The notes under the pieces: generated by a model
Database searches by the model: none
What the model was told of the DNA's origin: nothing
Seen by the model: the letters and a program-made list of their open reading frames with translations, nothing else
Assembly (NCBI GenBank): GCA_947625545.1
Contig: CANQOW010000001.1
Location: 2,129 to 66,128 of the forward strand
Direction: 5' to 3'
DNA from: an uncultured Clostridia bacterium
Lineage (GTDB): Bacteria > Bacillota > Clostridia > TANB77 > CAG-508
Length of the DNA: 64,000 nucleotides
Translations under genes and position numbers: made by a program
In this document: one piece after another, positions 1 through 8,960 of the stretch
Layout of the letters: each line of letters starts with the position of its first letter
Numbering within the stretch: the first letter of the stretch is position 1

Positions 1-464
1 AAAATAAATGAAACATTCATTAACAATTTATGATTTTTAAAAGCATAAAAAATAAATATAATTGTTATTCCAAATGCACCATAATCAAAATTTAATACTT
101 CTGAAATTGTAGCAAAAAGAAAAAATGAAATAACACCTAGAATTTTATTTTTATCGTATATCCAAATTGTAGCAAGACCTAATGATAAAGTAAAGAAAAT
201 ATTAAATGCAAAAATATTTTCTACCAAATTCATTTTAAATAATAAAAATGGAATTTGAGATATTAAAGCAAACAAAAATAATCTAAAAAAATATTTTTTT
301 AGATTTCGTGTATGTACATAGCCTTCTGTAATTTGAAAAGCAAAAATAGGAAAAGCAAGTCTTCCAATAAAATTAAAAAATGAAAATCCATTAAAAATTA
401 AATACCCAGAATGGTCAAATAACATTGATATTAATGCTATAATCTTTAAAGTAAATGAAGACAT
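1..464 (-). CDS. TraX-family membrane protein, N-terminal part (gene runs off window start)
   Basis: Minus-strand frame is open from ATG at 464-462 through position 1. The N-terminus MSSFTLKIIALISMLFDHSGY resembles the TraX-family start (LKIIAxxxMxxDHIG). It is hydrophobic throughout. AGGAGG lies 7 nt upstream. Confidence 0.5.
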   Translation of the reverse strand, partial: MSSFTLKIIALISMLFDHSGYLIFNGFSFFNFIGRLAFPIFAFQITEGYVHTRNLKKYFFRLFLFALISQIPFLLFKMNLVENIFAFNIFFTLSLGLATIWIYDKNKILGVISFFLFATISEVLNFDYGAFGITIIFIFYAFKNHKLLMNVSFI

Positions 465-482
465 ACTTTTCCTCCTTTGTTT

Positions 483-515
483 TTTTATTGTATAGGAAAA
501 ATCGAAGATTTTTCT
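483..515. repeat. 33-bp perfect repeat copy 1 (ttttattgtataggaaaaatcgaagatttttct) with internal hairpin gaaaaatc-gaa-gatttttc
   Basis: Identical to 2366-2398. Lies between the GT2 stop and the TraX start. Confidence 0.8.
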
Positions 516-1487
516 TTATTTATTCAAATTTGCGTTTGTTTCTTTTTCGCCGTTATATTGTTCAATAAAATATAATGGTCTTCCTTTAGACTCATAAAAT
601 GCTCGTCCAAGATATTCACCAATTACTCCTAAGAAAACAAGTTGTAATCCACCTAAAAATAAAATAACAACCATTGTTGAAGAATATCCAGGAACATCAA
701 TTCCATATATAAGTGCTTTTATAATTATAATCATCATATAAATAAAACCAGCTATTGAAACTCCTAAACCAATGAAAGCAGCCCATCTTAATGGGGCAGT
801 TGTAAAAGAAGTTAAACCATCAATAGATAAATTTATTAATTTTCCATAATTCCATTTAGTTTTACCTGCAGCACGAGAATCTCTATCAAATAAAATTTCT
901 TTTTTGTTATATCCAATCCAACTAAATAAACCTTTTGTATATCTTTGAGATTCTCTAATAGATTTTAATGCTTCAACACAACGTCTATCTAATAATCTAA
1001 AATCTCCTGTATCTTTTTGAATTTCAATATTTGTAACACTTTGTAAAGTTTTATAATACATTTTCGATGTAAATTTTTTAAGAAAACTTTCACCTTTTCT
1101 AGATTTCCTTTTAGCATAAACATCATCATAGCCTTCTTCCCAGTATTTCAACATTTCAGGAATAAGTTCAGGAGGGTCTTGTAAATCTGCATCAATTATT
1201 ATTACACAATCTCCTTTTGAATAATCAAGACCTGCTATCATTGCAGTTTCTTTTCCATAATTTCTAGATAAGTTTAAGTAACAAATTCTTTTATCTTTTT
1301 CACGTAATTCTTTCATTATATTTAGAGTGTTATCTTTGCTACCATCATTAACTAAAAGAACTTCAAAATTATAGTTAGCTTGTTCATCCATAATTGCTTT
1401 TAATCTTTCATATAACATATGAAGAACATCTTGTTCATTATATGCAGGAACTAATATTGTGACTAATTTTTTATTTTCGTTTTCCAT
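516..1487 (-). CDS. GT2 polyprenyl-phosphate glycosyltransferase (GtrB/ArnC/DPM1-like)
   Basis: N-terminal LVPAYNEQ...DGSKDNT...IIIDADLQDPPE GT2 motifs, C-terminal TM helices, GGAG RBS. Confidence 0.85.
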   Translation of the reverse strand: MENENKKLVTILVPAYNEQDVLHMLYERLKAIMDEQANYNFEVLLVNDGSKDNTLNIMKELREKDKRICYLNLSRNYGKETAMIAGLDYSKGDCVIIIDADLQDPPELIPEMLKYWEEGYDDVYAKRKSRKGESFLKKFTSKMYYKTLQSVTNIEIQKDTGDFRLLDRRCVEALKSIRESQRYTKGLFSWIGYNKKEILFDRDSRAAGKTKWNYGKLINLSIDGLTSFTTAPLRWAAFIGLGVSIAGFIYMMIIIIKALIYGIDVPGYSSTMVVILFLGGLQLVFLGVIGEYLGRAFYESKGRPLYFIEQYNGEKETNANLNK

Positions 1488-1503
1488 AAATTATTGTATC
1501 TCC

Positions 1504-1677
1504 TTATTTATTATTTTTCTCTTTACTTTCAGGAATAATTATATTATTTGGTATATTTTTTTTCTTTGGTTTAGCAGGGGTAATGTGTTCACTAACATCA
1601 GAAAGGTCTAAATCTTTAATATTACCTTGAACTATTTCATAATTTTTCTTTTTATTATCATTATTTTCATTACTCAT
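1504..1677 (-). CDS. small hypothetical protein (57 aa), possibly co-transcribed with the GT2 gene
   Basis: ATG-to-TAA ORF on the minus strand directly upstream of the GT2 gene. The GT2 RBS sits right after its stop. It is too short for the ORF track and has no recognisable family. Confidence 0.2.
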   Translation of the reverse strand: MSNENNDNKKKNYEIVQGNIKDLDLSDVSEHITPAKPKKKNIPNNIIIPESKEKNNK

Positions 1678-1774
1678 AATTAAAACTCCTATATAACATT
1701 AATATAGTATATAATAACATAAAAATATAAAAAATACAATATAAATTTAAAATACGCAAGATATCATAAAAAAC

Positions 1775-1803
1775 TTGCAAAAATTACATAAATATGATAC
1801 AAT
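1775..1803 (+). promoter_or_regulatory. sigma70-like promoter TTGCAA-N17-TACAAT
   Basis: TTGCAA at 1775-1780 and TACAAT at 1798-1803 with 17-nt spacing, upstream of the 1895 ORF. Confidence 0.45.
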
Positions 1804-1828
1804 AGTATACATAACAATCTTTTGAATT

Positions 1829-1847
1829 CTAGTGAGTAATTCACTAG
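1829..1847. promoter_or_regulatory. perfect palindrome ctagtga-gtaat-tcactag (operator-like)
   Basis: 7-5-7 inverted repeat between the predicted promoter and the start codon at 1895. Confidence 0.4.
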
Positions 1848-1894
1848 TTTAAATAAACCACGTAAAATTACTATTTTAAGAAAGGTTGAAAAAA

Positions 1895-2290
1895 ATGAAG
1901 AAGAACAAAGTGTTATTAAAGACAACTCGGAAATTTTTGTTTCTGAGTAACAAGCAAGTGAGTGATTTTTTAACTCAATGTGCAAAAATTGCGGGTTACA
2001 CTCCTGAAAATACAATTATAAAAAAGACATTTAAACAGGAATGTTACGACTTGCTCGTGCAAATACTTTTTTCCTTCGAAACAAAATTTTCAAGTGCTAC
2101 TGGAAAAGTCAAAGTAAGCAAATTGACAGCAAATCGGTGGAAGATTATTTGGAACAAAATCTATGAAGCTAACATAGAGTTTGATTTCAATAATAACCAG
2201 ATAAAAGCAAATTGCAGTTCGTATGATGACGAACTTAAAAAAGTCTTTGCTTACGATGCAGATTACGAAAATTTTTATCAAATTTTTTAA
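1895..2290 (+). CDS. hypothetical protein (132 aa)
   Basis: ATG-start ORF; the track's 1886 start is a TTG extension. It has its own promoter and a downstream intrinsic terminator. No family recognised. Confidence 0.45.
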   Translation: MKKNKVLLKTTRKFLFLSNKQVSDFLTQCAKIAGYTPENTIIKKTFKQECYDLLVQILFSFETKFSSATGKVKVSKLTANRWKIIWNKIYEANIEFDFNNNQIKANCSSYDDELKKVFAYDADYENFYQIF

Positions 2291-2318
2291 AAATTTACTA
2301 AGAAGTGCTTGAAAAAAA

Positions 2319-2354
2319 TGGTGTCCATTTTACAAAAGGACACCATTTTTTTTG
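2319..2354 (+). terminator. rho-independent terminator
   Basis: atggtgtcc...ggacaccat stem followed by T8. Confidence 0.7.
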
Positions 2355-2365
2355 GAGAAACACTA

Positions 2366-2398
2366 TTTTATTGTATAGGAAAAATCGAAGATTTTTCT
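2366..2398. repeat. 33-bp perfect repeat copy 2
   Basis: Identical 33-mer. Lies just after the terminator at 2319-2354 and upstream of ftsY. Confidence 0.8.
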
Positions 2399-2428
2399 GT
2401 ATACAAAAAGGTTAATTTACATTGGGCT

Positions 2429-2491
2429 GTGCATATTTGCGAAGCAAAATGCACATGTGTGCGTCGAAAGCTTTGCTTTCGCTAACGCACA
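2429..2491 (+). other. GC-richer island with two adjacent hairpins (candidate structured RNA/attenuator upstream of ftsY)
   Basis: Hairpin 1: gtgcatatttgc-gaa-gcaaaatgcac. Hairpin 2: nested tgtgcgt/cgaaagc...ctttcg/acgcaca stems followed by a U-rich tract. Confidence 0.35.
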
Positions 2492-2570
2492 ATTTTCTTA
2501 TTAAAAAATATACACATTTTATAAAAAATATGATATACTAATTATATTAAAAAAGAAAGGTAAAAAGAAA

Positions 2571-3476
2571 ATGGGATTTTTTGATAAATTAAAAACTGGA
2601 TTAAGCAAGACAAAAGACACATTTAACAATCAATTAAACAATGTATTTAGTACATTTAGAAAAGTAGATGAAGAATTATTAGACGAATTAGAAGAAATAT
2701 TAATAATGTCAGATATAGGATATGAAACATCAATAGAAATAATTAATAAATTAAGAGATAAAATAAAAAAACAAAACATAAAAGATGCAGAAGAAGTAAA
2801 ACAAGCACTAAGAGAAGAAATAAAAAATATATTAGATGAAACAAATAAAGAATTAAACTTAGAAACAAAACCATCTGTAATTTTAGTTGTAGGAGTAAAT
2901 GGAGTAGGAAAAACAACATCAATAGGAAAAATAGCAAATAAACTAAGAAAAGAAGGAAAAAAAGTAGTAATTGCAGCAGCAGATACATTTAGAGCAGCAG
3001 CAGTTGAACAACTAGAAATATGGGCAAATAGAGCAGGATGCGAAATAGTAAAAAGAGAAGAAGGAATAGACCCTGCATCAGTTGTATATGATGCAATAAA
3101 AATAACAAAAGAAACAAATGCAGATGTTCTAATATGTGATACAGCAGGAAGATTACACAACAAAAAATATTTAATGGACGAACTTGCAAAAATTCAAAAA
3201 GTAATAGATAAAGAACTAAGTGAAGCATCAAAAGAAGTATTATTAGTATTAGATGCAACAACAGGTCAAAATGCAATATCACAAGTAAAGGCATTTAAAG
3301 AAACAACAAATTTAACAGGTTTAGTATTAACAAAATTAGATGGAACTGCAAAAGGTGGAGTAGTAATAGGAATAGTTAATGAAAATAAAATTCCAGTAAA
3401 ATTTATAGGAATTGGAGAACAAATAGACGATATGGAAATTTTTAATAGTGATGACTTTGTAAATGCAATAATATAG
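2571..3476 (+). CDS. ftsY: signal recognition particle receptor FtsY
   Basis: GVNGVGKTTSIGK P-loop, DTAGR and TKLDG SRP-GTPase motifs, ~300 aa. Confidence 0.95.
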   Translation: MGFFDKLKTGLSKTKDTFNNQLNNVFSTFRKVDEELLDELEEILIMSDIGYETSIEIINKLRDKIKKQNIKDAEEVKQALREEIKNILDETNKELNLETKPSVILVVGVNGVGKTTSIGKIANKLRKEGKKVVIAAADTFRAAAVEQLEIWANRAGCEIVKREEGIDPASVVYDAIKITKETNADVLICDTAGRLHNKKYLMDELAKIQKVIDKELSEASKEVLLVLDATTGQNAISQVKAFKETTNLTGLVLTKLDGTAKGGVVIGIVNENKIPVKFIGIGEQIDDMEIFNSDDFVNAII

Positions 3477-3485
3477 GAGGTAAAA

Positions 3486-6281
3486 ATGGAAGAACAAAAA
3501 AATGAAGATACTATAAAATTTCAAAAGAAAAAAATAAATGTAAGATTTATTGTAGTATTAATATTTTTACTAATATATATTATATCAAGTTACATTTCAT
3601 ATAGAGGAGAATATTTAGAAATACTAGAAATGGGAGAAGAATATTTAACAGTATTCTATCAAAATCAAAAATATAAACTTATTTCTGGAATTTCAGTATT
3701 TTTAATTGTATTTGTTAGTGTGTATATAACAAACAAATTTATAAAAAAAGGCTTGAAAGAATTTTTTATAGAAGAAAATAAAACTATGCCGAAATTACCA
3801 AATAAATCAATAGCATTTATTTTAGCAATAATAGCAAGTATATTATTTTCTAATAGTATAACAGAAAAATTAATGTTATTTTCAAATGCTACATGGTTTG
3901 GAAAAACAGACTTATTATTTAATTTAGACATTGGTTTCTTTATGTTTCAAAAAACATTTGTAGAAACAATACTAAATAAATTAATACAATTAATTATAGG
4001 ATTAACTATTTATACTTCTGCTTATTATATAATAACATTTCATATATGCTTTGAAGCAGTTAGTAAAGAAACTTTAAAGAAAAATATGTTCATAAAGCAA
4101 TTGTTATTTTTTGCTAGATTATTAATAATATTTTATGGAATATTAATATTATTTAACACTATAGGAATTGGAAACAGTGAATTTTTAAATTTAAAAGATA
4201 CAAATTCAACAAGCATATTTGGAGCAGGGTTAACAGATGCATTAATTAAATTATGGGGATATAGAATACTTGCTATATTAATTATAGTATCTGTATTTTT
4301 AGCAATAAATTATTTTAAAAAGGGTAAATCTTCAAAAGTATTAATTTCATTAGCAACAGTTCCAGCATATTTAGTAGTATTATTTATAATAATGACAGGA
4401 TTTCAATTAATATATGTAAATTCGAATGAATTAGATAAACAAAGAAATTACATAAATGAAAATATTTCTGCAACTAAAAATGCGTACAATATAGAAATTG
4501 AAGAAATAGATGTAAACAGTACAGGAACAATAACTTCAGAACAAGCAGATTCAAATAAAGATGTATTAACAAATGTAGCAATGATAAATTCAGATATAAC
4601 ATTATCTACATTATCTTCATTACAAACAAGTACAGGATATTATTCATTTTTAAAAACAATACCTACAAAATATGAAATATCAAATGAAAATCAACTTGTA
4701 TATGTTTCAGCAAGAGAAATTTTAAGTAGAGATAGAACATATAGTAATAAAACTTATGAATATACTCACGGATATGGAGCAATTATAACATCTGCAACAT
4801 CAACAGATGAAAATGGAAATGTAAAATTTATACAAAAAGAATTTGATGGTAGCGATTCAGAAATTTCAATTAAACAACCAAGAATTTATTTTGGTTTACA
4901 AACAGATGATGTAATTGTTACAAATAGTTCAAATAAAAATGAATTTGATTATCCAATAAGTTCAACAAAAATTATAGAAAGTTCTTATGAAGGTAAAGCA
5001 GGTTTAAAATTAAACTTTTTAGATAGATTAGCATTAGCAATAAAAGAAAAAGATATAAAACTTGCATTTTCAACGAATATGACAAATGAAAGTAAAATTT
5101 TAATAAATAGAAATATAATTGAAAGAGCAAAAACAATAATGCCATATTTGTTATATGATGAAGAACCATATTTAGTAGTATCAGACTCAGGAGAACTAAT
5201 ATGGGTAATTGATGCATATACAATATCAAATGAATATCCATATTCACAACAAACTACAATAGAATATGAAAATTCTAAAAAGAAAATTAATTATATAAGA
5301 AATTCTGTAAAAGTATTAGTAGATGCTTATGATGGAACAATTAATTTTTATATAACAGATAAATCTGACCCTATAATTTTAGCATATGATAATATTTATG
5401 AAGATTTATTTAAAGAAGAAACAGAAATACCTGAAGATATATCAAAACATTTTGTTTACCCAAAATATTTATATAATGTACAAGCTCAAATGTTAGAAAT
5501 GTACCATAATGTTAGTGCAGATATTTTATATAGAGGAGACGATATTTGGAATATTGCAACAGATTCTTCTTTATCAAATACAAAAGTTGAACCATATTAT
5601 ACAATGGTAAAAACAATAGATTCAAACAATGCAGATTTAGGTTTAGTATTACCATATTCACCACAAGATAAGAAAAATATAAATTCATATCTTGTAGGAA
5701 CAACTAATGGCACAGAACAAAAATTAAAATTATATAAATTTTCATCAGATAGCAATATATTAGGAACAGCACAATTAAATAACCAAATAGAAGAAGACGA
5801 AACAATATCAAAAGAAATTTCTAGTATTACAGTTACAGGAACAAAACTTATAAAAGATATAATAATAGTTCCAATAGATGGCACACTATTATATATCGAG
5901 CCAATATATCAAGTATCTTTAAATGAAAAAAATAGTGTTCCAATATTAAAAAAGGTAGTAATTGCATCTGGAAATAAACTTGCAATAGGAGATAATTTAT
6001 TTGAGGCTTTAGAAAAATTACTTTCTGAAAAAGCAGTAAAAGTAGAAGTAGAAGATACAGACACTGTTGAAGGATTAATAGAAGCAATAATAAAAGCAAA
6101 TAATAATTTAACAGAATCAAATAAATCTAATAATTGGGAACAAATTGGTAAAGATTTAAGTAAACTTCAAGAATTAATTAGTGTTTTAGAAAAATTAAAT
6201 AATAATTCTAATAACGAAAATACTTTACAACCACCAGAAAATGAAATAATCAATAATGAAAATTTAATTTTTCAAGAATAA
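3486..6281 (+). CDS. UPF0182-family large membrane protein
   Basis: 931 aa with an N-terminal polytopic membrane region and a large extracytoplasmic domain. Size and architecture are typical of UPF0182. Confidence 0.6.
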   Translation: MEEQKNEDTIKFQKKKINVRFIVVLIFLLIYIISSYISYRGEYLEILEMGEEYLTVFYQNQKYKLISGISVFLIVFVSVYITNKFIKKGLKEFFIEENKTMPKLPNKSIAFILAIIASILFSNSITEKLMLFSNATWFGKTDLLFNLDIGFFMFQKTFVETILNKLIQLIIGLTIYTSAYYIITFHICFEAVSKETLKKNMFIKQLLFFARLLIIFYGILILFNTIGIGNSEFLNLKDTNSTSIFGAGLTDALIKLWGYRILAILIIVSVFLAINYFKKGKSSKVLISLATVPAYLVVLFIIMTGFQLIYVNSNELDKQRNYINENISATKNAYNIEIEEIDVNSTGTITSEQADSNKDVLTNVAMINSDITLSTLSSLQTSTGYYSFLKTIPTKYEISNENQLVYVSAREILSRDRTYSNKTYEYTHGYGAIITSATSTDENGNVKFIQKEFDGSDSEISIKQPRIYFGLQTDDVIVTNSSNKNEFDYPISSTKIIESSYEGKAGLKLNFLDRLALAIKEKDIKLAFSTNMTNESKILINRNIIERAKTIMPYLLYDEEPYLVVSDSGELIWVIDAYTISNEYPYSQQTTIEYENSKKKINYIRNSVKVLVDAYDGTINFYITDKSDPIILAYDNIYEDLFKEETEIPEDISKHFVYPKYLYNVQAQMLEMYHNVSADILYRGDDIWNIATDSSLSNTKVEPYYTMVKTIDSNNADLGLVLPYSPQDKKNINSYLVGTTNGTEQKLKLYKFSSDSNILGTAQLNNQIEEDETISKEISSITVTGTKLIKDIIIVPIDGTLLYIEPIYQVSLNEKNSVPILKKVVIASGNKLAIGDNLFEALEKLLSEKAVKVEVEDTDTVEGLIEAIIKANNNLTESNKSNNWEQIGKDLSKLQELISVLEKLNNNSNNENTLQPPENEIINNENLIFQE

Positions 6282-6293
6282 AAAATTAAATAT

Positions 6294-6383
6294 TACCACA
6301 AAATGTTGAAATAAAATGCCACAAATTATTGAAATAAAATACCACAAAATATTGAAATAAATTTAAAAATATATTGAAATAAT
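6294..6383. repeat. tandem direct repeats, ~23 bp x 3.5 (taccacaaaatgttgaaataaaa)
   Basis: Three near-identical contiguous units plus a partial fourth, followed by a -10-like tataat and the RBS of the 6422 ATPase. Confidence 0.75.
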
Positions 6384-6421
6384 TCTATAATATGTATATA
6401 ATATAATTTAAGGAGGAAGAT

Positions 6422-7690
6422 ATGAAGTACATTAATAGAATTGTAGATAAGGAAATAAAAGAAAAACTATCCATTATGGGAGCCATATATATAAAAGGTC
6501 CAAAATGGTGTGGTAAAACTACAAGTGCAAAACAAATTGCAAAAAGTATTTTAGAAATGCAAAATCCAGATTTACAAGAAAATTATATTCAACTTGCTAA
6601 TACAAAGCCTTCATTATTATTAGAAGGAGAAAAACCAAGATTAATTGATGAATGGCAATTAGCACCAAAATTATGGAATGCAGTAAGATATTCAGTAGAT
6701 AATATAGGACTTCCAAACCAATATATTCTTACAGGTTCTGCAACACCAACAGAAGATGATACATTACATAGTGGAGTTGGAAGATTTGCATTTATAACAA
6801 TGAAAACTATGACTTTATTTGAGAGTGGAGATTCAAATGGAAAAATATCATTAAAAGAAATACTTAAAGGAAATAAAAATATTGATGGAATTACAACAGA
6901 CTTAACTTATGAAAAAATTGCTTATGTACTTTGTCGAGGTGGTTGGCCTAATTCAATTAATTTAGAAAAAGAACAAGCATTAGAAATACCTAAAAATTAT
7001 ATTGATGTGCTATGTAGTTCAGATATTTCAAAAATTGATGGTGTAAAAAGAAATCCAGCATTAGCAAGAGCAATTTTAAAATCTTATGCAAGACAAATTT
7101 CAACTATTGATTCTAATCAATCTTTATTTGAAGATGTAAAAGCAAACTATACAGATATAAGTGAAAGAACAATTATAGATTATTTAGATGTATTAAAAAA
7201 ATTATATATAATTGAAGAAATAGAAGCATGGAATCCAAACATAAGAAGTAAAACTGCTATAAGAACATCACCTAAAAAAAGTATGATTGATCCTTCACTA
7301 GCAGTAGCAGTATTAGGATGTTCTCCAAAAGAAATTATGTTAGATATTAATACATTTGGATTATTATTTGAAAATTTAGTAAATAGAGATTTAAGTGTAT
7401 ATGTTAGTTCAATAGGTGGAACATTAAAACATTATAGAGATAGATATAACTTAGAATGCGACAATGTAATTCACTTTAATGATGGTAAATATGCTTTAAT
7501 AGAAACAAAATTAGGTACAACAAGAATAAAAGAAGCAGAAGAACATTTATTAACATTAAAAAAATTAATATTAGAAAATGAACCAAAAATAGGAGAACCA
7601 GAATTTTTAATGGTAATTACAGGTACAGATATGGCTTATACAACAGAAAATGGAGTAATGATAGTTCCAATAGGATGTTTGAAAGATTAA
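6422..7690 (+). CDS. AAA+ ATPase with C-terminal DUF4143 domain (paralog 1)
   Basis: Walker A GPKWCGKTT, ~420 aa. Architecture shared with ORFs 11133, 44414 and 45743. Confidence 0.75.
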   Translation: MKYINRIVDKEIKEKLSIMGAIYIKGPKWCGKTTSAKQIAKSILEMQNPDLQENYIQLANTKPSLLLEGEKPRLIDEWQLAPKLWNAVRYSVDNIGLPNQYILTGSATPTEDDTLHSGVGRFAFITMKTMTLFESGDSNGKISLKEILKGNKNIDGITTDLTYEKIAYVLCRGGWPNSINLEKEQALEIPKNYIDVLCSSDISKIDGVKRNPALARAILKSYARQISTIDSNQSLFEDVKANYTDISERTIIDYLDVLKKLYIIEEIEAWNPNIRSKTAIRTSPKKSMIDPSLAVAVLGCSPKEIMLDINTFGLLFENLVNRDLSVYVSSIGGTLKHYRDRYNLECDNVIHFNDGKYALIETKLGTTRIKEAEEHLLTLKKLILENEPKIGEPEFLMVITGTDMAYTTENGVMIVPIGCLKD

Positions 7691-7709
7691 AAAAGAAAAG
7701 AGGTATTAT

Positions 7710-8669
7710 ATGAAAAAAAAGGTAGTAATAATATTAATAGTTATATTAATAATAATATTAGCAATAGTAGCAAAATATATAAGTACCCAAAAACAAGTTA
7801 AAACTTTTGAACATATAGAAATACCAAAAGAAGATATAGAAATTTCAGAAGGAATAGAAGAACAACTACAACAATATAGAAATATAGTAATATTAGGAAA
7901 AGATTCAGAAGTTGCAGATTATGATTCAGGAAGAAGCGATTGTATAATAATTGCAAGTATAAATGAAACAACAAAAGAAATAAAATTTGTATCAGTATAT
8001 AGAGATACATATTTACAAATACCAGGACGTTCATTAGATAAAGTAAATCATGCTTATGCATATGGTGGACCAGCATTAACAATGAGTACATTAAATACAA
8101 ACTTAGATTTAAATATTACAGAATTTGTATCTATAAACTTTGCAGCAACAAAAGATGTAATAAATCAAATAGGTGGAGTAGAAATTACAGTAACAGATGC
8201 AGAAGCAAATTCAATTAATGGAATAAGTAAAGGTGGAACATATAATTTAAATGGTGACCAAGCACTTGCCTATTCTAGAATTAGAAAAATAGATACAGAT
8301 TATCAAAGGACAGAAAGAATGAGAACAGTATTATCTGCTGTATTTGAAAAAGCAAAAACAATGAGTTCTTACGAATTAATAAAATTAATAAATATAATAT
8401 TACCTGAAATATCAACAAATATTTCAGAAGAAGAAATATCATCATTATCTCAACAAGTATCACAATATAAAATAAGTGAAAGTATAGGATGGCCATATAA
8501 TACAAAAGGAAAAACCATAAATGGCATTTGGTATGGACCGCCAATTACTTTAAAAAGTAATGTAATTAGATTACACAAAGAATTATTTGGTGAAGAAGAT
8601 TATGAACCATCAGAATCAGTAGAAGAGATAAGTAAGAAAATTGTAAATGCAACTGGATATACAGAATAA
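7710..8669 (+). CDS. LytR-CpsA-Psr (LCP) family glycopolymer-peptidoglycan ligase
   Basis: N-terminal TM anchor; LCP core (SGRSDCIIIASIN...VSVYRDTY...GGPAL...AYSRIR). Confidence 0.85.
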   Translation: MKKKVVIILIVILIIILAIVAKYISTQKQVKTFEHIEIPKEDIEISEGIEEQLQQYRNIVILGKDSEVADYDSGRSDCIIIASINETTKEIKFVSVYRDTYLQIPGRSLDKVNHAYAYGGPALTMSTLNTNLDLNITEFVSINFAATKDVINQIGGVEITVTDAEANSINGISKGGTYNLNGDQALAYSRIRKIDTDYQRTERMRTVLSAVFEKAKTMSSYELIKLINIILPEISTNISEEEISSLSQQVSQYKISESIGWPYNTKGKTINGIWYGPPITLKSNVIRLHKELFGEEDYEPSESVEEISKKIVNATGYTE

Positions 8670-8694
8670 TGCTTTATAAAAATATAGTTAATTT

Positions 8695-8814
8695 GCAGGA
8701 GTTTAATATATATTTGTTCTCAAGAAAATTCGTCAGGTTATAGGGTAATCCGTGAGCAGCAGGCTTAACGAACTTTTCTTTCGAAAAATATATATTAAAC
8801 TCCTGCTTTTTTTT
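8695..8814 (+). other. long structured element: 21-bp perfect stem enclosing ~70 nt GC-richer interior, then T8 (giant terminator or small RNA)
   Basis: gcaggagtttaatatatattt at 8695-8715 pairs with aaatatatattaaactcctgc at 8786-8806. The interior has additional pairing (aagaaaattcg / cgaacttttctt). T-run at 8807-8814. Confidence 0.5.
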
Positions 8815-8960
8815 ATACTAATTAATTTAATTAGTTTTTTTTTGCTTTTAAAATGTAGAAAAATTTAGAAAAAATGCTTAAATAAAAAATTTTTGTATAA
8901 ATTATTTATTTAAGGTTACAATAAGTTATGTAAAAAATTTTATGAAAGGAAATAAATATT

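Noticed and set aside
1886-2290. Track start codons at 1886, 11100, 15821, 24228, 57597 and 58463
   Set aside because: These are upstream TTG or in-frame extensions that overlap the preceding gene or lack an RBS. The downstream ATGs with good Shine-Dalgarno spacing were used instead.
2630-3294. Leu/Phe-rich minus-strand ORFs antisense to ftsY, and similar L-rich antisense ORFs throughout (e.g. 4972-5247, 7798-8100, 14659-14862, 22025-22261, 35168-36004)
   Set aside because: They have the low-complexity composition typical of the antisense strand of AT-rich, A-rich coding sequence. Each is fully embedded in a well-supported + strand gene and has no RBS.
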